Origin: Betaproteobacteria bacterium
Lineage (GTDB): Bacteria > Pseudomonadota > Gammaproteobacteria > Burkholderiales > SG8-41
Direction: 5' to 3'
DNA: 64,000 bases
Assembly: GCA_016868035.1 (NCBI GenBank)
Contig: VGID01000009.1
Coordinates: forward strand, 23,881-87,880
Each line of letters opens with the position of its first letter. Within the stretch, counting starts at the first letter, position 1. The notes under the pieces are model-generated. The model saw only the letters and a list, made by a program, of their open reading frames with translations, searched no databases and was not told where the DNA came from. This document shows, one piece after another, positions 37,144 through 47,354 of the stretch. Both the position numbers and the translations under genes were made by a program.

Positions 37144-38034
37144 ATGGATGCGCCGATCACGGTGGTCGGGGGCACGGGCTACATCGGGCGGCGGCTGGTC
37201 GAGCGCCTCGTCGGCCGCGGAGCGTCCGTGCGCATCGTGTCGCGCCAGGCGCGGAAAAAAGGCGATCTCGCACCGACGATCGAGCACGTCACCGGCGACA
37301 TCGAGGACGCGGTCACGGCCGGGCGCGCAGTCGAGGGCGCATCAGCCGTCGTGTATCTCGTGGGAACCACCTCCGCGCGAAGCGAGCGCGAATTCTACGC
37401 GTTGCATCGCGACGCGCCCGCCCGGCTCGCGGCCGCTGCACGGCGCGCCGGGGCGCGACGCTTTCTCTACGTCTCGGCGATGGGCGTCGCGCCCGATGCG
37501 CCGTCCATGGCAGATCGCTCCAAAGCCGCCGGAGAGGCAGCGGTGAGCGAGGCTTTCCCCGGTGCAAACGCCATCCGGCCCGCACTCGTTTACGGCCCCG
37601 GCGACCATTTCTTCACCCTGTTCTCCCAGCTCGTGCGCAGCGCACCGGCGATTCCGCTCATCGGCGGCGGCCGCACGCGCTTCCAGCCGATGCATGTCGA
37701 GGATGCGGCCGAGGCGATGGCGCGCGTGCTCGAAGACGCGCGCACCGCAGGCTGCGCATTCGAACTCGGCGGGAGCGAGATCTACAGCTTCCGCGAGTTG
37801 ATCGAGCGCATGTGCGCGGCGATCGGGCGCCGGCCGTGGCTCGTTCCGGTGCCGTTCCTGCTCGCGGAAGCGGGGGCGCTCGCGACGCAGTGGCTGCCGA
37901 ACGCGCCGCTCACCGTGGACCAGGTCCGCCTGCTCAAGACCGACAAGGTGATCCGCGATCCGGGCGGCGCCCCGGTTGTCCTGGGCGTGCGGGCGCGGGG
38001 TCTCGAGGATTTTCTCGCCGGGCTGTCACGATGA
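37144..38034 (+). CDS. NAD(P)H-binding NDUFA9/NmrA-like SDR family protein
   Basis: VVGGTGYIGRRLVERL Rossmann motif; atypical-SDR length. Confidence 0.75.
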   Translation: MDAPITVVGGTGYIGRRLVERLVGRGASVRIVSRQARKKGDLAPTIEHVTGDIEDAVTAGRAVEGASAVVYLVGTTSARSEREFYALHRDAPARLAAAARRAGARRFLYVSAMGVAPDAPSMADRSKAAGEAAVSEAFPGANAIRPALVYGPGDHFFTLFSQLVRSAPAIPLIGGGRTRFQPMHVEDAAEAMARVLEDARTAGCAFELGGSEIYSFRELIERMCAAIGRRPWLVPVPFLLAEAGALATQWLPNAPLTVDQVRLLKTDKVIRDPGGAPVVLGVRARGLEDFLAGLSR

Positions 38035-38074
38035 CGGAGGCTGCGCCCGACGTGCGCTTACTTACGGGTGTATC

Positions 38075-38554
38075 GTGCAAAGCTTAAGCGGTCCGCTCCG
38101 ATCGATGCTCGCCCTCGCCGCGTGGGTGGCTCTCAGCTTCGCCGCCGCCGCCCCGGGCATTGCGTGGCCGCCGGGCGAGTGGTACGCGCAGCTCGCCAAG
38201 CCCGCATGGACGCCACCCAATTGGGTGTTCGGGCCGGTATGGACTGCACTCTACGCGATGATGGGGGTTGCCGCGTGGCGCGTGTGGCGCCGCGGCGGCT
38301 TCGCGAAGGCGCGCGGCGCGCTGCCGCTGTTCCTCGCGCAGCTTGCGCTCAACGCGGCGTGGACGCCGGCGTTCTTCGGTCTGCACCTGCCGGGCGTCGC
38401 GTTCGCCATCATCGCGGTGCTGTGGCTGGCGATCGCCGCCACCGCCCGGGCGTTTCTGCGCCACGACCGCGTGGCCTCGTTGCTGCTGCTGCCCTACCTC
38501 GTATGGGTGAGCTACGCGGCCGCGCTCAACCTCGCGCTGTGGCGGATGAATTGA
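38075..38554 (+). CDS. tspO: TspO/MBR family tryptophan-rich sensory protein
   Basis: PAWTPPNWVFGPVWTALYAMMGVAAW and LNAAWTPAFF motifs; GTG start assumed. Confidence 0.85.
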   Translation: MQSLSGPLRSMLALAAWVALSFAAAAPGIAWPPGEWYAQLAKPAWTPPNWVFGPVWTALYAMMGVAAWRVWRRGGFAKARGALPLFLAQLALNAAWTPAFFGLHLPGVAFAIIAVLWLAIAATARAFLRHDRVASLLLLPYLVWVSYAAALNLALWRMN

Positions 38555-38579
38555 CGGGCGACGGGGCGTCACGCGACGC

Positions 38580-39308
38580 TCAGCCCGCCTTGCGCACCGG
38601 TTCCTTCTCGCCGCCGCGCAGCCCCCCGAGGATCGCCAGCGCGCGCTCCATGGAGTAGTCGCGCGCCGTCTGGTCGAATGCCTTCGGGTTCCCGCGCATC
38701 ATGTAGCCGTGCACGACGCCGGGAAAGATCTTGAGCTCCACGTTCTTCATGCGCGAGTCCACCGCGCGGTACGCGTCGAGCACCGGGGCGGGTGCCTGGT
38801 GATCCTGGTCGCCCCAAACGATGCACACGGGCTGCGTGACGCCGTCGAGCTCCTTGATGTAGTCCTGCATATTCGTGCCGTGGCACGAGATGCCGGCGTC
38901 GTAGCCGAGGCGCTTCGGCCCGCTGATCGCGTAGGGACCTCCGTAGCAGAAGCCCATCGCCGCGGCGCGGCCATTGAACTGCGGCTGCTTGCGCAGCTCG
39001 GCCAGGGTATCGGCCATGTCGGCCTCGCCGGTCTTGACCTTCTCGAGGCGCGGCTGCGAGCGCTCCTTCGTGCGGTTGTCATCGCGCCCGAGCGGCCCCG
39101 GGATCGTGCGCCAGAACAGATCCGGCGCGGCCGCGATATAGCCGTGCGAGCCGAACTCGTCGGCGATCGCGCGAATGTCCTGGTCCACGCCGTGCACCGC
39201 GCAGGCGAGCACCACGGCCGGCACCTTGCCAGGGCCCTCGGGCGTCACCAGGTAGCAATCGAACTCCCCGCCCCCGCTCGAGCGGACCTTGATGTCCTTG
39301 CCTTTCAT
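38580..39308 (-). CDS. dienelactone hydrolase family protein
   Basis: FDCYLVTPEG.. N-terminus, GFCYGG nucleophile motif, and C-terminal HGY. Confidence 0.85.
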   Translation of the reverse strand: MKGKDIKVRSSGGGEFDCYLVTPEGPGKVPAVVLACAVHGVDQDIRAIADEFGSHGYIAAAPDLFWRTIPGPLGRDDNRTKERSQPRLEKVKTGEADMADTLAELRKQPQFNGRAAAMGFCYGGPYAISGPKRLGYDAGISCHGTNMQDYIKELDGVTQPVCIVWGDQDHQAPAPVLDAYRAVDSRMKNVELKIFPGVVHGYMMRGNPKAFDQTARDYSMERALAILGGLRGGEKEPVRKAG

Positions 39309-39338
39309 ATCGTGCTCCCTATTGGGTGATATGTGATG

Positions 39339-39395
39339 GATGACGAACTACGACTCACGATTCACGATTCACGAGTAACGAGTAACGAACGATCG
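39339..39395 (+). repeat. CACGAGT-type heptad tract
   Basis: gatgacgaactacgactcacgattcacgattcacgagtaacgagtaacgaacg. Confidence 0.75.
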
Positions 39396-39399
39396 GCAA

Positions 39400-40395
39400 T
39401 CAGTGCAGCACGAGGTTCAGCGCCTGCGCGAGCTTCTGCCACTTCGCGATCTCGGCCTTGACGTGCGCGCCGAATTGTTCCGCGCTCGAGCCTACCGGCG
39501 TCGAACCGTCGGCCGCAAGCCGCTTCGCCACGTCCGGGACCTTGAGCGACTCCACGATCGCCGCGTTGAGCTTCTGCACGATCGGCTTCGGCACCCTGGA
39601 TGAGGTGATCACGCCGTACCACTGATCCACTTCGTAGCCGGACACGCCGGCCTCCGCGACCGTCGGCACGTCCGGGATCACGGGCGAGCGCTTGGCCGCG
39701 CTCATCGCGAGCACCTTCAGCCGCCCGCTCGCCATGTGAGGCCGCACGCCGAACAGCGTCCCGAATCCGACCTGCACGTCGCCGGCCAGCATCGCGGGAA
39801 TCACCGCGGCCGTGCCCTTGTACGGCACGTGCACGAGACCCGCGCCGCTCATGTGGTTGAACAACTCACCCGCGAAGTGCTGCAGGCCGCCCGTGCCCGA
39901 AGAGCCGAAATGGACCCTGCCGGCGTTCGCCTTTGCGTGCGCGATCAGCTCCTTGATCGAGTTCACCGGCACCACGGGACTGTGGTAGACGACATAAAAG
40001 AGCGAGGTCGCCTGTGTGATCGCCTGCAGGTCCTTCACGAGATCGTAAGGCAGCTTCGGGTTGGTCGCGGAGTTGACAGCGCTGGAAGCGGAGATAAGGC
40101 AGATCGTGTATCCGTCCGGAATCGCCTTCGCCGTGAGATCGACGCCGATCGCACCGGCCGCGCCGGTGCGGTTGTCCACGACAACCTGGTGCGGCCAGGC
40201 TTCCGACAGCTTCTGGGCGATGGTGCGCGCCGTGGTGTCGGTGCCCGCGCCCGGCACAAAGGGCACGATGAAGCGGACCGGCTTGTTGGGATAGGAGGGC
40301 GCGGGATCTGGTTTCGCGGCGAGCAGCGGTTGCGCAAGGCAGGCCGCGGTAACGCACGCTGCCGCCATGCGGAAAACGGTGCCGGGTCTGGTCAT
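39400..40395 (-). CDS. Bug family substrate-binding protein (TctC-like)
   Basis: Signal peptide plus YPNKPVRFIVPFVPGAGTD motif. Confidence 0.9.
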   Translation of the reverse strand: MTRPGTVFRMAAACVTAACLAQPLLAAKPDPAPSYPNKPVRFIVPFVPGAGTDTTARTIAQKLSEAWPHQVVVDNRTGAAGAIGVDLTAKAIPDGYTICLISASSAVNSATNPKLPYDLVKDLQAITQATSLFYVVYHSPVVPVNSIKELIAHAKANAGRVHFGSSGTGGLQHFAGELFNHMSGAGLVHVPYKGTAAVIPAMLAGDVQVGFGTLFGVRPHMASGRLKVLAMSAAKRSPVIPDVPTVAEAGVSGYEVDQWYGVITSSRVPKPIVQKLNAAIVESLKVPDVAKRLAADGSTPVGSSAEQFGAHVKAEIAKWQKLAQALNLVLH

Positions 40396-40499
40396 CGTTT
40401 TTTCCTCCACGGCCGTTATGTTACGCCGAGTCAACAGGAAAAGTGGCGCGGCGGCGATTCCTCCCGCAGTCTCCCCACCCGTCGCCAACCACGGTCCGT

Positions 40500-40793
40500 T
40501 CAGACTCCCTCGACTATTCTCAGCTCCCGCTCCACGTTCCCCTGGCCGAGCGCCTTCAACGCCTCCTGGTACGCGGAGCTGTCGTGCGCGGCGATTGCCT
40601 GCGCCACGCTCTCGAACTCGATCACGACCACGCGCTGGCTGATCCCCATCTCGTAGACCTTCCCCGGATTGCCGCGCGCGAGAAACCGCCCGCCGCCAGC
40701 CTGAACCGCCGGGCCCGCGAGCTTAGCGTACGCCGCCAGCGCGTCGGGGTTCTTGATCGAACGGTAGAACGCGATCCAGTATGCTTTAGCCAT
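40500..40793 (-). CDS. DUF1330 domain-containing protein
   Basis: MAKAYWIAFYRSIKNPDALAAY...GGRFLARG pattern typical of DUF1330. Confidence 0.7.
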   Translation of the reverse strand: MAKAYWIAFYRSIKNPDALAAYAKLAGPAVQAGGGRFLARGNPGKVYEMGISQRVVVIEFESVAQAIAAHDSSAYQEALKALGQGNVERELRIVEGV

Positions 40794-40873
40794 AAGGGTT
40801 TGCCTCCATCCTTCGTTGGTGATCACTCGTCACTCGCGGGTCCCCACCTTTCCCCTCCGCGTCCGCCTTCGTA

Positions 40874-41215
40874 TCAGCCGACGCCTAGGAGCTCGACCTC
40901 GAAAACCAGCGTCGCGTTCGGCGGAATGACGCCGCCCGCGCCGCGCGCGCCATAGCCCAGCGCGGGCGGGATGGTGAGCTTGCGCTTGCCGCCCACCTTC
41001 ATGCCCTGCACGCCCTCGTCCCAGCCCCGGATGACGCGGCCCGCGCCGAGCGAAAAGACGAACGGATCGTTGCGGTCCTTGCTGGAATCGAACTTGGTGC
41101 CGTCGGTAAGCCGGCCAGTGTAGTGCACCTTGACCGGTTGCCCGGCCGCGGCAACCGCGCCTTCACCGACGACGAGGTCCTCGATGGTCAATCCGCTCGG
41201 AGTGGTGGTGGTCAT
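40874..41215 (-). CDS. FKBP-type peptidyl-prolyl cis-trans isomerase
   Basis: [24 protein letters not shown], and [14 protein letters not shown] motifs. Confidence 0.9.
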   Translation of the reverse strand: MTTTTPSGLTIEDLVVGEGAVAAAGQPVKVHYTGRLTDGTKFDSSKDRNDPFVFSLGAGRVIRGWDEGVQGMKVGGKRKLTIPPALGYGARGAGGVIPPNATLVFEVELLGVG

Positions 41216-41314
41216 GACGATCCTTTCTCGAAATTGTGAATGGTGCTCGCGGCTGGTGCCGTCACTTCGTCGTTGTGCCTGCCGTCAGCCGTGCGTCTTC
41301 GCTTCGCCGCCGCC

Positions 41315-42892
41315 TCACTCAACGCGCAGCCCGCTCAGGAGATCCAGCGCGAGATACTGCTGCCGGAAGGTCTCGAAGTCCACCGTGTCGCCGGCCTCGG
41401 CCTTGCGCTGCGCGGCGATGGATTCCTCGGCCATGCGCTGGTAGCGCGCCTGCGCCTCGGGGGAAAACGGGAGCCCCAGCATCTCGCTGCGGTAGCGCGA
41501 AGAGCGCCCCAGGGCGAACCCGACGTACGAAGAGTTGTCGCGGGCCCGCTCGATCTCGCGCAGCATGCGTGCCGAAGGCGTCGCAGACGGATCCCTGACC
41601 GCGACGGCGGCGGCCGACACGGCATCACGGTGCGCGCTGGCGCGATGCGCCGCGTCGAGGGCTTCGGCGATCGGCTCGAACTCGCGGAGCAGCGCCGCGC
41701 CCCACGCGGCCGGGCTGACCTCACTGCCGCCCCGCTCCAGCCGCAGCTGCGAGTCCCGGCCGCGTTCGGCCACGCGGTGCTGGTTGCGCGAGAGCGCGGC
41801 GATCTCCTCCGGCGTGTCCGGAGGGCTCCTGGCGAGCAGGCAGTGCAGCAGGAACACATCGAGGAAGCGCATCGTGCCGGCGCTGATGCCGACAGGAGAG
41901 AACGGGTCGAGATCCAGGCAGCGCACCTCCACGTACTCCACGCCGCGCTCGTTCAACGCATGCAGCGGGCGCTCGCCTGCGCGCACCGGCCGCTTCGCGC
42001 GGATCATTCCGTAGAACTCGTTCTCGATCTGGAGCAGCGTGGTGGCGAGCTGCCGGTAGTTCGCGCCGTCGCGAATGCCGATTGCGGCGTACGGCGGATA
42101 GGGATCCGTGAGCGCGCGGTAGAGCGAGCGCGCGTAGCTCTCCAGGCTGTTGTAGCTCACGGCGAGCGCCGCCTGCGCCTCGCTCTGGTATCCGAGCCGG
42201 CCCATGCGCAGCGAGGTCGCCCCGGGCAGGTACAGGGTGCCCGCCTTCAGTTCCTGCAGCCTGTGCGTGCGGCCGGCGACGAAGCTCTCGCACACCGCGG
42301 GCGAAGCCCCGAACAGGTAAAGCAGCAGCCACGAATGCCGGCGGAAGTTGCGGATGAGCGCGAAGTACGCGTCGTCCCGGTAGGCGCGCTCCGTTCCGCC
42401 GTGCCCGTCGCCTCGCTGCAGCGCCGGCCAGGCGGCGTCCGGAAGGGAGAAGTTGTAGTGCACGCCGGATATCGTCTGCATGCGCCGCCCGTAGCGGTGC
42501 GCGAGGCCGATCCGGTACACGGTCTTGGCCCTGCCGATGTTGGAGGTGCCGTACTGGCCGATCGGGATGTCGTCCTCGCCGGGCAGGCCGCACGGCATAC
42601 TGGCGCACCAGAGCATCTCGTCGCCGATATTGCGGTAGACGAATTGGTGGATCGCGGTGAGCTCCGCCACGCACGCCTCCGGGTCGGTATGCACGCCGGT
42701 GATGAGCTCGAGCTGGGCCTCGCTGTAATCCGTGGTGATGTGCTCGTGCATGAGCGCCGATCCGAGAGCCGGCGGATGCGGCGTCGTCGCCAGCTTTCCG
42801 TCGGACCGGACGCGAAGACTTTCCTTTTCGACGCCGCGGCGGATGCCCCTCAGCATTTCCGGCGCGAGCGCGCGCAGGCGTTCAAGCATCAT
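41315..42892 (-). CDS. gshA: glutamate--cysteine ligase (proteobacterial type)
   Basis: GIRRGVEKESLRV and HITTDYSEAQLELITGVH motifs matching GshA. Confidence 0.9.
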   Translation of the reverse strand: MMLERLRALAPEMLRGIRRGVEKESLRVRSDGKLATTPHPPALGSALMHEHITTDYSEAQLELITGVHTDPEACVAELTAIHQFVYRNIGDEMLWCASMPCGLPGEDDIPIGQYGTSNIGRAKTVYRIGLAHRYGRRMQTISGVHYNFSLPDAAWPALQRGDGHGGTERAYRDDAYFALIRNFRRHSWLLLYLFGASPAVCESFVAGRTHRLQELKAGTLYLPGATSLRMGRLGYQSEAQAALAVSYNSLESYARSLYRALTDPYPPYAAIGIRDGANYRQLATTLLQIENEFYGMIRAKRPVRAGERPLHALNERGVEYVEVRCLDLDPFSPVGISAGTMRFLDVFLLHCLLARSPPDTPEEIAALSRNQHRVAERGRDSQLRLERGGSEVSPAAWGAALLREFEPIAEALDAAHRASAHRDAVSAAAVAVRDPSATPSARMLREIERARDNSSYVGFALGRSSRYRSEMLGLPFSPEAQARYQRMAEESIAAQRKAEAGDTVDFETFRQQYLALDLLSGLRVE

Positions 42893-42940
42893 CCGCCGGA
42901 TGATAGCAGGTGGCCCGGAGAGGGCCACGAGCGCCGTGCC

Positions 42941-43048
42941 CGTTCAGGGTGCGGGGTTCGGAGTCCGGTGTTAACAAACCCACCGCGGCAATTTCGAACG
43001 CTGAACCCCGAACGCCGCCAGGCCCCTTCCGAGCCACGAGTCACGAGC
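42941..43048 (+). repeat. family-A heptad palindrome (degenerate), in a divergent promoter region
   Basis: cgttcagggtgcggggttcggagtccgg / loop / cgaacgctgaaccccgaacg / tail gagccacgagtcacgagcc. Confidence 0.65.
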
Positions 43049-43147
43049 CGGCGCGGCCCGCCCCCCCAATTGACCGGCTTAGTGGTAGGCTACTGCCCGC
43101 CGCTCGCGCCCCACCCCGGGTGGCGCGACAACAGAGGAGAACAGGCC

Positions 43148-44128
43148 ATGCCGACCGCATCACACCGTTACTCGTTTGCGTTCCTGGCCGCGCTCCTCGC
43201 GTGTGCGCCGTCCGCGCTCGCGCAGAAGGCGGACTGGCCGGTGAGGCCGATCCGCTACGTCGTGCCGTTCCCGCCCGCGGGCGCGACGGACATCCTCGCG
43301 CGCTTCGTGGCGGAGAAGGTGAGCCCCATGCTGGGCCAGACGGTCGTCGTGGAGAACCGCGCGGGCGCGGCCGGCGCGGTGGGCACCGAGTTCGTCGTGA
43401 AGAGCGCCTCTGACGGCTACACCATATTGATGGCGACCGCCGCCCAGGCGATCAGCGAGACGCTCTACACCAAGCAGCCGTTTTCGTTCGCGCGGGATCT
43501 CGCGCCGGTCGCGCAGGTTGCGCGCGTGCCCAACGTCATGGTGGTCCATCCGTCGCTGCCGGTGAAGAACGTGAAGGATTTCATCGCGCTCGCGAAGTCA
43601 CGGCCGGGCCAGATCAACTTCGCTTCCTCCGGGCCCGGAACGACGCTGCACATGTCGGGCGAGATGTTCAAGCTGATGACCGGGGTGGACATCGTGCACG
43701 TTCCCTACAAGGGCAGTGCCCCGGCGCTGACAGACCTCATCGCGGGGCACGTCTCCGTGATGTGGGACAACTTGCCGGCCGCGATGCCGCACATCAAGAG
43801 CGCGCGGCTGCGCCCGATTGCGATCACCACCGCGGCGCGCTACGCGGGGATGCCGGAACTGCCCACGGTCGCGGAATCCGGCGTGCCCGGCTTCGAGGCG
43901 AGCGCGTGGTTCGGGGTGATGGCGCCGGCAGCGACGTCGAAGGATGTTATTACACGGCTCAACACGGCGATCAACCGCGCGGTCGCACTGCCCGACATGC
44001 GCGAGCGCTTCGAGCAGCAGGGCGCGATTCCCGTGAGCGCGACCCCCGAGGAATTCGGCGCCTTCATCCGCGCCGAGATCGCGAAGTGGGCCAAGGTGGT
44101 GAAGGCATCGGGGGCCAAGGTTGACTGA
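43148..44128 (+). CDS. Bug family substrate-binding protein (TctC-like)
   Basis: Signal peptide plus WPVRPIRYVVPFPPAGATD motif. Confidence 0.9.
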   Translation: MPTASHRYSFAFLAALLACAPSALAQKADWPVRPIRYVVPFPPAGATDILARFVAEKVSPMLGQTVVVENRAGAAGAVGTEFVVKSASDGYTILMATAAQAISETLYTKQPFSFARDLAPVAQVARVPNVMVVHPSLPVKNVKDFIALAKSRPGQINFASSGPGTTLHMSGEMFKLMTGVDIVHVPYKGSAPALTDLIAGHVSVMWDNLPAAMPHIKSARLRPIAITTAARYAGMPELPTVAESGVPGFEASAWFGVMAPAATSKDVITRLNTAINRAVALPDMRERFEQQGAIPVSATPEEFGAFIRAEIAKWAKVVKASGAKVD

Positions 44129-44171
44129 AGCCGGGGGCGGCCTCGTTTACGCGCGCTGCGCGCGCGGGGAG

Positions 44172-44957
44172 CTACGAGGGATCGTTCGCGACGGCGGCGA
44201 GCGTGCCCGCGCCGTTCACGCGCGACGGGCCGATGCGCCCGATCCCCGGCAGCTTCAGCGCCGGGGAGAACGGATCGATTCCGAATGTGAGCCCGAGCAC
44301 GTTCACCTCGAAGCCCTCCACGCCGCTTGCCGTCACGCCGAGCAGTCCCAGAAGCGAGAGCTGGAAGCCGCTGCCGCTCGGCGCGGCGGCAACGATCCGG
44401 TCCCCCAGATAGTCCTTGCCGATCGCGGTCGGCGGCAGGTCCACCTCGAGCTCGGGAACCGCGCGCGCGACCCACGCGGTGAACGTGTTCGAGTTCGGCC
44501 CCGGCCACAGCGCGTATTCCTCGGCGTAAGGGTAGGCGCGCGCCGCCCGGTCGATGCGCTCGATCAGCGCGTCCACTCCTGCTCCGCGCTTGTCGGCGAA
44601 AAGCTCGGGCGCGTTTCCGAACCAGCGCGCGTCGGGCGCGCGCTCGCGGATCGCGAGCGCGGAATCGCTCCAGCGCAGGCGCCAGCCGATGACCTCGTAG
44701 ACCGTGTATGCGCGGGCGCCCGCGGGCTTGACCGCGATCCAGCTGTGGATGCCGAAATAACCGCGCCAGCGCAGCGCGCGCGCGCCGTAGACCTGGACGA
44801 CGGCCTCGGGGGTCGTCGCCGGGTCGGGGGCTAGCCCCACCGGCTCGCGGCTCGCACTGCGCCAGTCTTGCGCCGCCCCGCCCGGGGCGAGCAGCAGCGC
44901 CACGACCGCCGCGACCAGCAGAAGCGTAAGCAGAGTCATGCCACGCGGTGCTCTCAT
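44172..44957 (-). CDS. DUF3750-like exported protein (tentative)
   Basis: Signal peptide; RWRGYFGIHSWIAVK and WPGPNSNTF motifs recalled from DUF3750 proteins. Confidence 0.55.
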   Translation of the reverse strand: MRAPRGMTLLTLLLVAAVVALLLAPGGAAQDWRSASREPVGLAPDPATTPEAVVQVYGARALRWRGYFGIHSWIAVKPAGARAYTVYEVIGWRLRWSDSALAIRERAPDARWFGNAPELFADKRGAGVDALIERIDRAARAYPYAEEYALWPGPNSNTFTAWVARAVPELEVDLPPTAIGKDYLGDRIVAAAPSGSGFQLSLLGLLGVTASGVEGFEVNVLGLTFGIDPFSPALKLPGIGRIGPSRVNGAGTLAAVANDPS

Positions 44958-45003
44958 ATCGCGCTGTCTGCCTCCATGGTAACAAATGGGCCGCGCGGCG
45001 CGC

Positions 45004-46350
45004 TCATCGCATCGTCACCAGCTCTTCCGCGCTCGTGGGATGGATCGCCACCGTGTCGTCGAAGTCGCGCTTGCTCGCGCCCATGCGGATCGCCACGGCA
45101 AAGCCCTGCAGCATCTCGTCCGAGCCCGGACCGAACAGGTGCGCGCCGACGATGCGCTGCTCGTCCCCGACGGTCACGAGCTTCATCGCGGACTTCACCT
45201 TGCGCCGCGTGAAGGCGTAGTAGAGCGGAGTGAATTCCGTGCGGTAGGCGCGCACGGTGTCGCCGTAGCGGCTGCGCGCCTGTGCTTCGGTCAGCCCGAC
45301 CGTGCCCAGCGGCGGGTGGCTGAAGATGACGGTGGGGATGTTCGCGTACTCGAGCTTGCGGTCGGGCTGCCCGCCGAAGAGCCGGTCGCCGAGCCGGCGG
45401 CCGGCGGCGATCGCGACCGGCGTCAGCGCTTCGCGCCCCGTCACGTCGCCTACCGCGTAGATGCCCGGAATGCTGGTGTTCTGCAGCTCGTCGGTGAGGA
45501 CGTGCCCCGCCTCGTCGGTCTGCACCCCGGCGGCCGGGAGGCCGAGCGCTCCGGTATTGGGCGCGCGCCCGACCGCCCACAATACGCAGTCGAGCCCGGA
45601 GATCTCGAGCCCTTCCGCGCAGCGGAGCGTGAGGCCCGCGTCCGCTCGCGCGAGCTCGCGCACGTGGGCGTTGGTGTGGATCTCGATGCCGTCGGCGGCC
45701 ATCTCGCGCATCACCGCCTGCTGGAGCATCTCGTCGAAGCTGCGCAGCACACTCTCCTTGCGCAGCACCAGCGCGACTTCGCTCCCGAGCGCGCGGAACA
45801 CCCCGGCAAGCTCCACCGCGACGTAGCCCGCGCCCACGACCGCGACTCGCCGCGGCTGGCGCTCGAGCTCGAAGAAGCCGTCGGAGGTGATGCCGAGCCC
45901 GGCGCCCTTCCACGCCGGGACAACGGGCCGGCCCCCGGTCGCGATCGCGACGTGCGCAGCCTGCAGGCGCTCGCCGTTCACCGCCACCTCGTTCGCACCG
46001 CCGAGGCGGCCTTCCCCGCGGATCCAATCCACCCGGTTCTTCTCCAGCCCTGCCTGGTAGCGTCCGTTCAGCCACGCAACGTAATCGTCGCGGCTCTTCT
46101 TCAGCGCGCCCCAGTCGAAGCGCTCGACGCGGGCGGTGAACCCGTAGTCGCCGGCTTCGTGGAATACATGCGCGATGGAAGCCGTGTTCCACATGATCTT
46201 CTTCGGCACGCAGCCCACGTTGACGCACGTCCCGCCGAGGCGTCCGGCCTCGACGAGCGCCACTTTCACGCCGTGGGAGGCTGCGCGGTTGGCGAGCGCG
46301 ATGCCGCCGCTGCCGCCGCCGAGCACGATCAGATCGAATTGTCTGGCCAC
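45004..46350 (-). CDS. gor: glutathione-disulfide reductase
   Basis: GGGSGG FAD motif, redox-active [13 protein letters not shown], and C-terminal HPTSAEE. Confidence 0.9.
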   Translation of the reverse strand: MARQFDLIVLGGGSGGIALANRAASHGVKVALVEAGRLGGTCVNVGCVPKKIMWNTASIAHVFHEAGDYGFTARVERFDWGALKKSRDDYVAWLNGRYQAGLEKNRVDWIRGEGRLGGANEVAVNGERLQAAHVAIATGGRPVVPAWKGAGLGITSDGFFELERQPRRVAVVGAGYVAVELAGVFRALGSEVALVLRKESVLRSFDEMLQQAVMREMAADGIEIHTNAHVRELARADAGLTLRCAEGLEISGLDCVLWAVGRAPNTGALGLPAAGVQTDEAGHVLTDELQNTSIPGIYAVGDVTGREALTPVAIAAGRRLGDRLFGGQPDRKLEYANIPTVIFSHPPLGTVGLTEAQARSRYGDTVRAYRTEFTPLYYAFTRRKVKSAMKLVTVGDEQRIVGAHLFGPGSDEMLQGFAVAIRMGASKRDFDDTVAIHPTSAEELVTMR

Positions 46351-46386
46351 TTCGTCGCTCCTTGGTCGCCGCCGCCGGGGCGCGCC

Positions 46387-47277
46387 TTACGGCCGCGCGT
46401 AGACCGGCAGCAAAAATATCCCGTGGTAATCGATGCCGGGAACCGCCGCGCTCACTTCGAGCTCCCAGTAGCGCGGGCGCTCGCCGTCCTTGACGGCGAA
46501 GCGCGTCCCCGGCGCGTGCGCCGGGACCTGGAATTCCAGCATTGCGGCGCCGGACGCATCGGTCGCGAACTCGCGCGCGTCGCGGTAGAGCGCCTCGTGC
46601 ACGACGTGCTGGCTTCGGTCCTTGCCCGAGCCTCGCGTCTCGTAGTACTCCTCGATGCACACGAGCTCGGCTTTCATCCCTTGCCGGTTCTGCAGCGGCC
46701 GGCCTCCGTGGAAGCGCAACGGCAAGGTGCTGCCGGTGAGCAGGGGAAAGCCGCTGAAGGCGACGCGGGTCCGGCCGAACTTTAGATGGCGCAGCAGCAA
46801 ATAGGTTGCATATCCCAGACCGATCGCCAGCGCGACGTCGAAGAGGCCGATGACCAGCCACAGAATCCAGTCCGGCTCGCTCAGCGCGATCAAATGGAAC
46901 GGCGCGAGGAAAAATCCGATCGCTGCGATCGCCGCAAACGCGTGGAGCGCGCGCCCGCGCGTGCCGTCGTCCGCCTCCCGCCGCGCCCACGCGTGCTCGT
47001 AGAGCCACGGCGACGAATGACGCTTGCCCGCGGCCCGGGCGCGGTACGCGGCCGAGCGCAGCGCGAGCAGCGCGAGATAGCCGCCGAGGATCAGGAAGTT
47101 GATGCCAACGAGCAGCGCCGCCAGCGCGTGTTGCCGGGGACGCGCTTCGCCGTGATACCAGACGATTCCCGCGCCGGCGGCGGCGAGCGCCAGGCCCAGC
47201 AGCGCGGCCCAGCCGGGGTAAGTGTGCCGCACGCGCGGGGCGTCGCGGTGCACGCGCGCGTGCCCCGGTGAAGACAT
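46387..47277 (-). CDS. hypothetical membrane protein
   Basis: ~296 aa; 4-5 TM segments then a soluble C-terminal domain; no family recognised. Confidence 0.45.
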   Translation of the reverse strand: MSSPGHARVHRDAPRVRHTYPGWAALLGLALAAAGAGIVWYHGEARPRQHALAALLVGINFLILGGYLALLALRSAAYRARAAGKRHSSPWLYEHAWARREADDGTRGRALHAFAAIAAIGFFLAPFHLIALSEPDWILWLVIGLFDVALAIGLGYATYLLLRHLKFGRTRVAFSGFPLLTGSTLPLRFHGGRPLQNRQGMKAELVCIEEYYETRGSGKDRSQHVVHEALYRDAREFATDASGAAMLEFQVPAHAPGTRFAVKDGERPRYWELEVSAAVPGIDYHGIFLLPVYARP

Positions 47278-47354
47278 CGTTTCGGGTGCGGCCACGTCCT
47301 CTCCCCCGCCGGCAGGCGGCGCCTGCGATCCAAGTGCCGGTATAATAACGCCTT

